From an uncultured Christensenellaceae bacterium (lineage in GTDB: Bacteria; Bacillota; Clostridia; Christensenellales; QAND01): a stretch of 64,000 nt of DNA. The position numbers and the translations under genes are program-made. Position 1 is the first letter of the stretch. The number at the start of each line of letters is the position of its first letter. Below are positions 10,303-19,656 of this stretch, piece by piece. The stretch lies in NCBI GenBank assembly GCA_942492795.1, contig OW818639.1, positions 1,685,358-1,749,357 on the forward strand. Reading direction: 5' to 3'. A model generated the notes under the pieces. That model saw nothing but the letters and a program-made list of their open reading frames with translations, did not search any database and was not told the origin of the DNA.

Positions 10303-10540
10303 GATTCGTTTAGGAATGATGTTTTCCTCAATTCCATAAAAGTATGACGGAAAGGCCTTTTCCTTTGTGTGACAAGTACTTACAAAGCACAGGCTCACTG
10401 GGTAAAAGTCGCCAACATATTTCGATATCAGTATACAGGAAACGACATGGCGTTGGAATATGGCTGATCGGTATAAATTAAAAAATATCCAGAATAAACG
10501 TTGTATTTTTTATTGAAACAAAGATACAAACAGCACGATA

Positions 10541-10590
10541 AAAAACAAAAGGGAAAAGCCGGAAAGAGCGTTCCTCTTTCCGGCTTTTCG
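10541..10590. terminator. Rho-independent terminator after the larA-like gene (also shields the EPS-module promoter region)
   Basis: Stem GCCGGAAAGAG / CTCTTTCCGGC, flanked by A/T runs on both sides. Confidence 0.7.
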
Positions 10591-10650
10591 TGGGTGAGGC
10601 TTTTATATCCCGGTATATACTGTTTGCCCCGATATAATGGGTTAGAGCAG

Positions 10651-11919
10651 TTAGAGGATGTTCCCGTCTTTGTCAAACACAAGCGAATATGGTTCGGAAG
10701 CGATCTCAAGATAGGGATTCGCCAGCACCTCATCCATCAGAGACTCGCTGACTTCGATGACATCCAGCTGCAAGGTATTTTTGATCCGGACGAGTCGCAC
10801 ATTTTCCTTGTCCAGGATGTTGCAGGTCTTGATGGCTGCCTGGAACACCTGCAAGTCGTTTTTGAACACCATCGGCATCTTGACCGTAAGCGGAACGGTG
10901 GATGTCAAAGCATTCGGATAGGATTGTTCCGGAATGAACTTGTCTGCCAGGCGTTTGGTGGTGTAGTCGACAATACCGACGCCATTCGCATTGCCGTGTG
11001 AACGATCCGTCAGATCAAGGATGCCCATTTTGGAGATGTTCGGGCCGCCGGATATGAAAGGCGTATGATAGCGCCCCACAACGCCGGTGTCAAATCCCGT
11101 TCCGCTGATATCCTTGCCGATCTCATCCATGATGAGCACGTCGAGCTGATCGAACTGTATGCGCGGGCACAACTCTCTGGAAAGCAGCTGCAAACCGATT
11201 TCACGCTCGGCAATCTCATCCTTGTTCAACACAACCAGCGTGTGTGTTTCATGGAAGGCATTTTCCAGCAAGCCTACCGCAAAGAGGATGTTCTTCATTT
11301 CGATCATCACATTTGCGATCTCCGGGATGTTTACCGCCATCTTTCCAAAACCCAATTCATGGCAAATATCTGCGCCTTGCTGCTTGCCCAATCCGATGGT
11401 GAGCATTTTCATCAGACCGCTCTCATAAGGCCCGCGGAACGATGTATGCGGCTTGATGCGGTTGATGATGACGATGCCATCCGCCTCGCTTGCGTATTTA
11501 TCCATCAGAACAGGCAAGCCGTTCACCGTTTCTGCAAGCTGCACCGTTTCCATGGAGGCATGGATCGGGGCATCCACGTAATCCTCCGTGATGCCCATGC
11601 CTTCAAGCATGCTCTTTTGGCCTTCGGCCGTTGCGCCGCCGTGGCTGCCCATCGCGGGTACGATGAAAGGTTCCGCACCTTTTTCGCGAAGTTTTGCGAT
11701 GATGATCTTCACACACAGCGGCAGATTCGTGATCCCCCGGCTGCCCACTGCGACGGCAATTTTCATACCGGGCGTGATGGATCGGTATCCTCTGTTGGAT
11801 TGAATCTGTTCCATCAGCGTTGCTTCGACGTCTTCTAGCTTTGTGCGGTCAAAGGTTTGCGTGACTTTCATCACTTTTGGAATCGGAATGCCCTCAAGCA
11901 ATATATCAATAGCGTCCAT
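10651..11919 (-). CDS. LarA-family (nickel-pincer cofactor-dependent) lactate/2-hydroxyacid racemase-like protein (DUF2088)
   Basis: 422 aa. Length and overall pattern match LarA (AVAVGSRGI, PAMGSHGG, INRIKPHTSF). Assignment is by motif recollection only. Confidence 0.5.
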   Translation of the reverse strand: MDAIDILLEGIPIPKVMKVTQTFDRTKLEDVEATLMEQIQSNRGYRSITPGMKIAVAVGSRGITNLPLCVKIIIAKLREKGAEPFIVPAMGSHGGATAEGQKSMLEGMGITEDYVDAPIHASMETVQLAETVNGLPVLMDKYASEADGIVIINRIKPHTSFRGPYESGLMKMLTIGLGKQQGADICHELGFGKMAVNIPEIANVMIEMKNILFAVGLLENAFHETHTLVVLNKDEIAEREIGLQLLSRELCPRIQFDQLDVLIMDEIGKDISGTGFDTGVVGRYHTPFISGGPNISKMGILDLTDRSHGNANGVGIVDYTTKRLADKFIPEQSYPNALTSTVPLTVKMPMVFKNDLQVFQAAIKTCNILDKENVRLVRIKNTLQLDVIEVSESLMDEVLANPYLEIASEPYSLVFDKDGNIL

Positions 11920-11967
11920 GGTATCCTCCTGTTTTAAAGGGTATCTGTATTCTGTGACATTGTAAAC

Positions 11968-13050
11968 TTATAGCTTAATGGCAACACGCAGGCAATCGAA
12001 GCTCGTTGCAGCAAGATCAAAACCTGCATACCAATCTTCAAGCGAAAACGTATGCGTCACCAACGGATCAAGCTTAACGGCGCCGCTTTGCACCAGCTTT
12101 ATCGCCGTCGTCCAGTCGTAGGGGATCTGGGAGATCTCACCGCGAACATCCAGTTCCTTCACGATGATCTTGTAGGTATCCACCGGTGCCACAATGCCGC
12201 CCCTGATACCGCCGCCGGCCCACATGACCCTGCCGCCCTTGCGTACGATGTCCAGGGACTCATCGATGGGCTCTACCGACCCCGTATTCTCAAGAACCAC
12301 ATCCACGCCCAGACCGCCTGTGATCTCGGCGACCCTCTTACGCACATCTTCCTTTTCGACGTTGATGGTGTAATCGCAGCCCAATTCTTTTGCCATGGCC
12401 AAACGTGTGGGTTCGTCCCTGGTCAATCCCGTCATGATGATAGGACCGGCGCCGATCGCCTTGCAGACCTGCATCAACAGGATGCCTCTCGCACCCGGGC
12501 CCAGAATTGCTACGGATTCTCCCGCCTTGACGTTCATCCGCGTGATGACGCTGTGCACGGAACCTGCTGTTGGTTCCATCAGCACGGCCGATCTCGGATT
12601 GATGTTGTCCGGCAGTTTGTGCAGCTGAAATTCAGGCCAAACGGTGTACTTTGCAAAACCGCCGCCTGTGACGAAATGAGCACGCCCTTCCATCGGAGCG
12701 ATGGTGTTGCATATATTGAACTTGCCTTCCAGACAGTTGGGGCAGCGGCCGCAGTAGAACGTTACGATCTCATGGATCACGCGGTCTCCGACTTTCACGT
12801 TTTTTACGGCAGGGCCAATTTCCTTTACGACACTCACGATTTCATGCCCCACGACGACCTTTCGCGGGGAGGTCTTAACACCCGTTTTATCGGCGTTCCA
12901 ACGGTGTATATCGCTGCCGCAGATGCCGCAATACTCCACCTCGCAAAGCACGTCGTGCGGCGCGTAGGGATTGTTGCCCAATGTAGGGACAGGTACGGTT
13001 TCCAACTCCAGATCACCGTTGGGATAGGCGATAATGCCCTTCATTTCCAT
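11968..13050 (-). CDS. Zinc-dependent alcohol/polyol dehydrogenase (MDR superfamily, sorbitol/threonine dehydrogenase-like)
   Basis: Catalytic Zn motif GHE(IVSVV), structural Zn Cys cluster CGRCPNC, Rossmann ILGPGARG. 360 aa. Confidence 0.85.
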   Translation of the reverse strand: MEMKGIIAYPNGDLELETVPVPTLGNNPYAPHDVLCEVEYCGICGSDIHRWNADKTGVKTSPRKVVVGHEIVSVVKEIGPAVKNVKVGDRVIHEIVTFYCGRCPNCLEGKFNICNTIAPMEGRAHFVTGGGFAKYTVWPEFQLHKLPDNINPRSAVLMEPTAGSVHSVITRMNVKAGESVAILGPGARGILLMQVCKAIGAGPIIMTGLTRDEPTRLAMAKELGCDYTINVEKEDVRKRVAEITGGLGVDVVLENTGSVEPIDESLDIVRKGGRVMWAGGGIRGGIVAPVDTYKIIVKELDVRGEISQIPYDWTTAIKLVQSGAVKLDPLVTHTFSLEDWYAGFDLAATSFDCLRVAIKL

Positions 13051-13298
13051 GATGCGTCCTCCTGATTGTAATTGGCTTTTGATGCAACCATTTTCAAAAG
13101 TGATTCATTATGATTCCAATACTGATGATACACTGCAAGCATAGCGGACGCAATACTTCACATCCGCAGTTTCTCTCAAAGTCGATCCGAATTGGCACCG
13201 TCAACAATGGTGTGATTCCGCGACTTTGTTGCTATAATAGGATAAGAGTTATTCTGTTTTGTCCTGACAGCAACGCTGCATAAGGCGGGAGGCCAAGC

Positions 13299-13814
13299 AT
13301 GTTTTCCAACGAGTATTTGAATATTGCCATCAGTTCTTTGAGCGTCTATGTCTTTATCCTCGCAGCCATACGCATAACGGGCAGGAAAGAACTAAGCCAA
13401 TTGTCCGTTATCGATCTGGTATTCATACTATTGATCAGCAATGCGGTGCAGAATGCCATGGTAGGTCCCAATACATCGCTGCTGGGAGGTTTAACCGCAG
13501 CCGGTACGCTGTTTGTGGCCAATTTCGTGCTCAAGGAGCTTATGTTTCGCTCCAGGATGCTGAGCAAACTGATCCAGGGGAGTGAAGTCATGCTGATCTA
13601 CAACGGCGTTGTCAACGGGAAGAATCTTCAAAAAGTGAAGATGAGCATGGAGGAGTTGGAGGAAGCCGTACGGGAACACGGAATCTCGGACGTTGGGGAT
13701 GTGAATCTGGCGGTGCTTGAAGTGGACGGAAACATCAGCGTGTTATCGGACAATTACCGGAATAAATCCGTCAAGCGGCGCAAAGCACACAAAACACTTC
13801 GGAAGAATACATGA
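13299..13814 (+). CDS. DUF421 (YetF-like) membrane protein
   Basis: Two N-terminal TM helices, then conserved LIYNGVV...ELEEAVREHGI...LAVLEVDGNISV, typical of the YetF/YdfS family. Confidence 0.75.
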   Translation: MFSNEYLNIAISSLSVYVFILAAIRITGRKELSQLSVIDLVFILLISNAVQNAMVGPNTSLLGGLTAAGTLFVANFVLKELMFRSRMLSKLIQGSEVMLIYNGVVNGKNLQKVKMSMEELEEAVREHGISDVGDVNLAVLEVDGNISVLSDNYRNKSVKRRKAHKTLRKNT

Positions 13815-13915
13815 AACGATTCTTCTAAAAGGTTTAGGGATTCTGTTCCATTGAAAGGCATGTGTTGGCAATCAACACATCTGCGTATAAAGACGTATAA
13901 AAAGGAGAGAGAGTC

Positions 13916-15298
13916 ATGCTTGCAGGTGCTTTTATCGTGCCGCATCCGCCACTGGCGATAGCGCAAGTAGGGCGGGGACAGGAAAAAGAAATTCAAAAGA
14001 CCATCGATGCGTTGCTGGATGTTGCGAAGCGGATCGCGGATTTGAAGCCGGATACCATCGTTCTGACGACGCCCCATTCCGTACTGTATGCGGATTATTT
14101 TCATATTTCGCCAGGATCGGGCGCGAAAGGGGATTTCAGGACTTTCGGCGCCGGTGATGCCGGAATGAAAGTGGACTATGACACGGAGTTCGTCGAAAGT
14201 ATATCCCAAATCGCCGGAGCGCGGGATATTCCCGCCGGAACGCAGGGCGAGCGGGACAAGACGCTGGATCATGGAACGCTGGTGCCGCTGATGTTTGTCA
14301 ACCGCTTTTATACGGCGTACAAGCTCGTCCGTATCGGGCTTTCAGGCCTTTCGCTGCTCACACACTACCAATTTGGAAAATGCATCCAGGAAGCTGCTCT
14401 TCGTAGCGACAAACGTATGGTGCTGATTGCAAGCGGCGATCTGTCGCATAAGCTCAAATCGGACGGCCCCTATGGTTTTGCGCCGGAAGGCCCGGAATTC
14501 GACCGCAACGTTACCGAGGCGATGGCAAACGGAGATTTCCTGCGGTTTCTTGACTTTGAAGAGGAAATCTCTGAAGCGGCAGCAGAATGCGGCTTGCGTT
14601 CCTTTGTCATCATGGTGGGAGCGCTGGACGGCCTTATGGTCAAACCGGAGCTTTTAAGCTACGAAGGACCTTATGGCGTAGGATATGCCGTTGCATCTTT
14701 TTCCATAGAGGGTACGGATGAAAACAGACATTTCGATATCCTGTTTGAACAACAGGAAAAAGAACGGCTCGATGAGCGCAGGGCAAGCGAAGACGCGTAT
14801 GTGCGCTTGGCCAGGCAGACGGTTGAACACTATGTCAGGACGGGCACGCACATAAAAAGACCGGAAGGACTTCCTGATTCGATGACGGCACAGCGGGCAG
14901 GCGTGTTCGTATCGCTTAAAAAGGAAGGGAAACTCCGGGGCTGCATCGGGACCATCTCTGCGGTGACACAAAGCATCGCGGATGAAATCATCAAAATGGC
15001 CGTGAGCGCCGCTGTGGAAGATCCGCGCTTTGCCGCCGTGCGTAAAGAGGAATTGCCCAAACTGGTGTATAGCGTTGACGTTTTGATGATGCCGGAGCCC
15101 ATCTTATCCATCGATGAGCTCGATGTGAAACAATACGGTGTCATCGTCCGTTCCCGCGGCAAGCTGGGGCTTCTGCTGCCGAATCTTCAAGGCGTAGACA
15201 CACCGCAGCAGCAGGTCGAGGTCGCGCTGCAAAAAGGAAATATATCCCCAAACGACACATACTCGATGGAGCGCTTTAAGGTGGTTAGACACACATGA
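13916..15298 (+). CDS. AmmeMemoRadiSam system fusion protein (MEMO1-like protein B domain + AMMECR1 protein A domain)
   Basis: N-terminal extradiol-dioxygenase-like region (IVPHPP...HS...SGDLSH) and C-terminal AMMECR1 motif GVFVSLKKEGKLRGCIGT. 460 aa. Stop overlaps the radical-SAM gene. Confidence 0.8.
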   Translation: MLAGAFIVPHPPLAIAQVGRGQEKEIQKTIDALLDVAKRIADLKPDTIVLTTPHSVLYADYFHISPGSGAKGDFRTFGAGDAGMKVDYDTEFVESISQIAGARDIPAGTQGERDKTLDHGTLVPLMFVNRFYTAYKLVRIGLSGLSLLTHYQFGKCIQEAALRSDKRMVLIASGDLSHKLKSDGPYGFAPEGPEFDRNVTEAMANGDFLRFLDFEEEISEAAAECGLRSFVIMVGALDGLMVKPELLSYEGPYGVGYAVASFSIEGTDENRHFDILFEQQEKERLDERRASEDAYVRLARQTVEHYVRTGTHIKRPEGLPDSMTAQRAGVFVSLKKEGKLRGCIGTISAVTQSIADEIIKMAVSAAVEDPRFAAVRKEELPKLVYSVDVLMMPEPILSIDELDVKQYGVIVRSRGKLGLLLPNLQGVDTPQQQVEVALQKGNISPNDTYSMERFKVVRHT

Positions 15299-16125
15299 GC
15301 AAACTGGGATGCACTATCTGCCCGCATCATTGCATGCTGGATGAAAATGAGATCGGGTTTTGCAACGCCAGGAGCAATATCGGCGGTGCCATTACTGCGA
15401 TCAACTATGGAAAGATTACAGCCATTGCGCTGGATCCGATCGAAAAGAAACCGCTGTATCGGTTTTATCCTAAAAGCACCATCCTTTCGGTGGGAAGCTT
15501 CGGATGCAACCTGCGCTGCCCGTTTTGCCAGAATTTCGAGATTTCCATGGCGGACAGTCAAAGCACCGTTGTACGGGAGATGACGCCGGAGGAGCTCGCA
15601 GATCTTGCCGTAACCAAGAAGAGCCAGGGCAATATCGGCGTTGCCTATACCTATAACGAACCGCTGATAGGCTATGAATTCGTGCGCGACTGTTCGCAGG
15701 CGGTACATCGGCGCGGTCTTAAAAACGTGCTGGTCACCAACGGCTATATCTGTGAAGAACCGTTCAAACAGCTTCTGCCCGATATCGATGCGCTGAACAT
15801 CGATTTAAAGGCGTTTTCGGAAGAATTCTACAAACGCATCTCCGGCGACCTTCAAACGGTCAAGCGATCCATCGAATTGGCAGCGAAGCGATGCCATGTG
15901 GAAGTGACGACGCTAGTCATCCCGGGCGAAAACGACGACGAAGAGGATATCCGAAGCCTCAGCCGTTGGTTGGCATCTGTACGCTTTGATATTCCGCTGC
16001 ATCTGACACGATTTTTCCCGCGCTATAAGATGACGGACAAGAACATGACGCAGATTGCTTCGATTCAAAGACTGGCCGAAATCGCGAGAGAATCGCTTCG
16101 TTATGTCTTCATCGGAAACTGTTAA
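15295..16125 (+). CDS. AmmeMemoRadiSam system radical SAM enzyme (PFL-activase-like)
   Basis: [10 protein letters not shown] (CxxxCxxC) radical-SAM cluster motif. 276 aa. Translationally coupled to the A/B fusion. Confidence 0.85.
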   Translation: MSKLGCTICPHHCMLDENEIGFCNARSNIGGAITAINYGKITAIALDPIEKKPLYRFYPKSTILSVGSFGCNLRCPFCQNFEISMADSQSTVVREMTPEELADLAVTKKSQGNIGVAYTYNEPLIGYEFVRDCSQAVHRRGLKNVLVTNGYICEEPFKQLLPDIDALNIDLKAFSEEFYKRISGDLQTVKRSIELAAKRCHVEVTTLVIPGENDDEEDIRSLSRWLASVRFDIPLHLTRFFPRYKMTDKNMTQIASIQRLAEIARESLRYVFIGNC

Positions 16126-16151
16126 GGGCAGGTATATCCCAAAGATCAATC

Positions 16152-17228
16152 ATGGAAACGGGTGGAGCTATGAATCTGTGTGTGCAAATGGAAAATATCA
16201 GGCTCAATGACGCCAAAGACGCGATCATCATCCTCGATCAAACACGCCTTCCCAACTACGTCGAATATGTGACGCTACGTTCAGCCCAGGAGATGTTCGA
16301 TGCCATTCGCACGCTGAAGGTGCGCGGCGCACCTGCCATCGGCATCTGTGCAGGGTATGCGATGTACTGCTTGGCACAGCAGATCAAGGCGGATTCGTAC
16401 GACACTTTTGCCCGTGAATTCAAAAACCAATTGCAATATCTCAATGCGTCCCGCCCGACGGCAGTGAATCTGAGCTGGGCGCTTGAGCGGATGGAGAAGG
16501 TCGTTGAAAAAAACAAAGAGATGGATATTGCGGAAATCATCCGACTGCTTGGAGACGAATGCCGGGCGATACACGAAGAAGACATCGCGATGTGCAGCGC
16601 CATCTCGGAATACGGACTTTCCCTGTTAAAGGATGGTGACGGCGTTCTGACGCACTGCAACGCTGGGCCTTTGGCCACCTCCCGCTACGGCACTGCGCTT
16701 GGACCGCTGCTTTTGGCACACGAACGCGGCATGAAACTCAGGGTCTTTGCCGATGAAACCCGGCCTCTGTTGCAGGGCGCGCGACTGACAGCATTTGAGC
16801 TGCATCAGGCAGGGATCGATGTGACGCTCATCTGTGACAACATGGCGAGCATCGTGATGCAAAACGGATGGGTGCAGGCCTGCTTTGTGGGATGCGACCG
16901 GGTCGCCGCAAACGGGGATGTGGCGAATAAAATCGGTACAAGCGGCGTTGCTATTCTGGCCAAACACTACGGTATTCCGTTCTACGTGCTCGGGCCCACT
17001 TCCACCATCGATATGCGCTGTAAAACGGGCAAACAAATACAGATCGAACAACGTGACCCGCAGGAGATCAAGCAACTGTTCTTCAAAGAACCGGTGGCAC
17101 CAGAGGGCGTGAAATGTTATAATCCGGCGTTTGATGTGACGGATCATACGCTTATCGCCGGCATTGTGACGGAAAAGGGCATTTGCCGCCCGCCTTATGA
17201 GGAAAGTCTAAAAGCGCTGTTCGACTGA
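16152..17228 (+). CDS. mtnA: S-methyl-5-thioribose-1-phosphate isomerase (eIF-2B alpha/beta/delta family)
   Basis: eIF-2B-family motifs ([24 protein letters not shown]). 358 aa. An alternative start at 16170 is possible. Confidence 0.8.
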   Translation: METGGAMNLCVQMENIRLNDAKDAIIILDQTRLPNYVEYVTLRSAQEMFDAIRTLKVRGAPAIGICAGYAMYCLAQQIKADSYDTFAREFKNQLQYLNASRPTAVNLSWALERMEKVVEKNKEMDIAEIIRLLGDECRAIHEEDIAMCSAISEYGLSLLKDGDGVLTHCNAGPLATSRYGTALGPLLLAHERGMKLRVFADETRPLLQGARLTAFELHQAGIDVTLICDNMASIVMQNGWVQACFVGCDRVAANGDVANKIGTSGVAILAKHYGIPFYVLGPTSTIDMRCKTGKQIQIEQRDPQEIKQLFFKEPVAPEGVKCYNPAFDVTDHTLIAGIVTEKGICRPPYEESLKALFD

Positions 17229-17396
17229 ACCGTTTTGTGTCGCCCCGCTTCCAGCCTTAACGGGCAGGAATCTTAGCATGCATGGCATGTGGACACATCC
17301 GGACGGACCGCATTTTGAATGCACAAACACTCTGTTCGGGGAATTTTATTGGGAACGGTCCCCGAAGCACCGCAGTGCAAAATGTACACGCTCCTA

Positions 17397-17452
17397 TTGA
17401 CAAGCAGGAATATATTTTCATATACTTAACCGACTAAATATTAATCGGCTAA
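17397..17452 (+). promoter_or_regulatory. Sigma-A-type promoter (TTGACA-17-ATATAC/TATACT) with an adjacent imperfect inverted repeat, a putative MarR operator
   Basis: TTGACA at 17397-17402. Inverted repeat TTAaCCGAcTAAATATTAaTCGGcTAA at 17426-17452, immediately upstream of the marR RBS. Confidence 0.45.
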
Positions 17453-17466
17453 TTAAAGGTGGGCGC

Positions 17467-17901
17467 ATGGTGAACGAAGATATTGCATTGATTGAAAGCA
17501 GCTTTCGGAAGCTTAACCGTGTGTACAGGCGCAGGATGCGTGAAATCATGCTTGCGCACGGAATCTATTTCGGGCAGCCTCAAATCCTTTTCGCGCTTCT
17601 TGGTTCTGGAGGAAGCACACAGAAAGAAATCTCGGAACAGCTTTCCGTGAGCCAGGCTACTGTGGCCGTATCCATCAGACGCTTATTGAAAGGCGGCTTT
17701 ATTACCAAAGCAACCGATAAAAAGGATCTTCGACGAAACCGCATAGAGCTTACGGAAAAAGGGCAGGAGGCTGCCGTCGCGTGCAGGAACGAGAGTGACT
17801 CGTTGTTTACGAATATGTGCGCGGGATTTGATACAAACGAAATCAAAAGAATGGCCGAGTACTTTTCGCGGTTGAGCGAAAACCTCAGCGTAAAACAATG
17901 A
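17467..17901 (+). CDS. MarR family transcriptional regulator
   Basis: 144 aa with a winged-HTH pattern (KEISEQLSVSQATVAVSIRRLLKGGFI...DKKDLRRNRIELTEKG). RBS AAAGGTGG. Confidence 0.85.
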   Translation: MVNEDIALIESSFRKLNRVYRRRMREIMLAHGIYFGQPQILFALLGSGGSTQKEISEQLSVSQATVAVSIRRLLKGGFITKATDKKDLRRNRIELTEKGQEAAVACRNESDSLFTNMCAGFDTNEIKRMAEYFSRLSENLSVKQ

Positions 17902-17925
17902 CACGGACAATATGACGCATGGAGT

Positions 17926-19656
17926 GTGTATATGAAACGGTTTCTCATCTATTTTAAAAAATATCGGCGAGCCGCCATCACCGGACCGGTGCTCGTCATC
18001 ATAGACGTTTTTGCGGAGATCGTCCAACCGGCGCTGATGTCGAAAATCGTCGATTATGGCATCGTCGGCAGGAATGTCGGGTATATCGTGCAAGTTGGCA
18101 TGGTGATGACGGCATTGGCACTGATCGCGTTGGTGACAAATTTCGGCAGCGTCTATTTTTCGTCTAAAGCAAGCCAGGGAATGGGTGCCGAACTGCGAAA
18201 AGCCGTGTTCGCCAAAGTGCAGACGTTTTCCTTTGCCAACATTGACAAGTTTGGTTCCGCTTCGCTGATAACAAGGCTTACCAACGATATCAATACCCTG
18301 CAACAAACCGCGATGATGATCATGCGCATGCTGATAAGAGCGCCGCTGACACTCATCATGGCATTGGGATTGTCTTTTGCGATCAATGCGCGGGTCGCCC
18401 TGGTTCTTCTTCTGGCATTGCCGGTTTTGAGCGTTGCCATCGTGTTGATCATCAGCCGGGGCCTTCCGCTGTTTTCCAAAATGCAGGATAAGCTCGATAA
18501 GCTCAACGAGAACATTCAGGAGAATCTGACCAACGTCAGAGTCATCAAATCGTTTGTGACACAGAATACGGAACGGAAAAAGTTTCTTGCCTCCAACGAG
18601 GATTTGATGAACGCCACCATCCGTGCGATGAATGTGACCATCATGACGATGCCCGTCACGATGCTGCTGATGAACATGACGACCATCCTGGTCATTTGGT
18701 TTGGCGGGAATCTGGTCGGGCAAGGCAAGCTGATGACAGGACAGCTTATTTCATTCATAAGCTACGTGACGCAGATATTGATGTCGCTGACAGCGCTTTC
18801 ACAGGCGTTCATGATGTTCTCCCGCTCCCGCGCCTCAAGCCGGCGCGTCATTGAAGTGCTCGACTCGCCAGTGGACATCCTCGACGGCTCCGCGGAGAGC
18901 TTGTCGGTCACCCGCGGGCAAGTGGAATTTCAGGATGTCAGCTTTTCCTACAATAAGCACGCGAGTGAGAAAGTCATTCAAAACGTCAGCTTTACGGCGA
19001 ACGCCGGAGAAGTTGTCGCCATTGTCGGGTCTACGGGATCGGGGAAAACAACGCTCATATCGTTGATCTCCCGCCTGTATGATACCGATTCGGGGCAGAT
19101 TATGGTGGACGGCAACGATGTGAAAGAGTATAGCCTGCTCAAACTCAGGCAGGGTATAGGGATGGTCATGCAGCGCAGCATGCTCTTTTCGGGTACCATT
19201 CGGGAGAATATTGCCTGGGGAAAGCAAGACGCGTCGATGGAAGAAATTTTGATTGCGGCAAAGGCTGCACAAGCGCACGACTTCATCATGGAAATGCCGC
19301 AGGGATATGAAACCGAGTTGGGACAGGGCGGTGTTACCCTCTCCGGCGGTCAAAAGCAGCGTATGTGTATTGCCCGCGCAATGATCAAAAGACCGAAGAT
19401 TCTGATACTGGATGACAGCACCAGCGCCGTCGACTCGGCTACCGAATTGAGAATTCGCGAGGCGTTCGATACGATTCTCAAAGATACGACCACGTTTATC
19501 ATCGCACAGCGCATCAGTTCGGTACGATACGCGGACAAGATAATCGTTATGGACAATGGCCGGATATCCGGCATCGGTACCCATAAAGAATTGATGGCGC
19601 AAAACGCCATTTACAAAGAGATATATGATTCGCAGCAGGAAGAGGTGAAAAACTGA
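17926..19656 (+). CDS. ABC transporter permease/ATP-binding protein (heterodimeric exporter subunit, paralog of the gene at 2-604)
   Basis: TMD plus NBD (GSTGSGKT, LSGGQKQRMCIARAM, ILILDDSTSAVD). Its C-terminus aligns with the truncated gene at the window start. Confidence 0.9.
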   Translation: MYMKRFLIYFKKYRRAAITGPVLVIIDVFAEIVQPALMSKIVDYGIVGRNVGYIVQVGMVMTALALIALVTNFGSVYFSSKASQGMGAELRKAVFAKVQTFSFANIDKFGSASLITRLTNDINTLQQTAMMIMRMLIRAPLTLIMALGLSFAINARVALVLLLALPVLSVAIVLIISRGLPLFSKMQDKLDKLNENIQENLTNVRVIKSFVTQNTERKKFLASNEDLMNATIRAMNVTIMTMPVTMLLMNMTTILVIWFGGNLVGQGKLMTGQLISFISYVTQILMSLTALSQAFMMFSRSRASSRRVIEVLDSPVDILDGSAESLSVTRGQVEFQDVSFSYNKHASEKVIQNVSFTANAGEVVAIVGSTGSGKTTLISLISRLYDTDSGQIMVDGNDVKEYSLLKLRQGIGMVMQRSMLFSGTIRENIAWGKQDASMEEILIAAKAAQAHDFIMEMPQGYETELGQGGVTLSGGQKQRMCIARAMIKRPKILILDDSTSAVDSATELRIREAFDTILKDTTTFIIAQRISSVRYADKIIVMDNGRISGIGTHKELMAQNAIYKEIYDSQQEEVKN

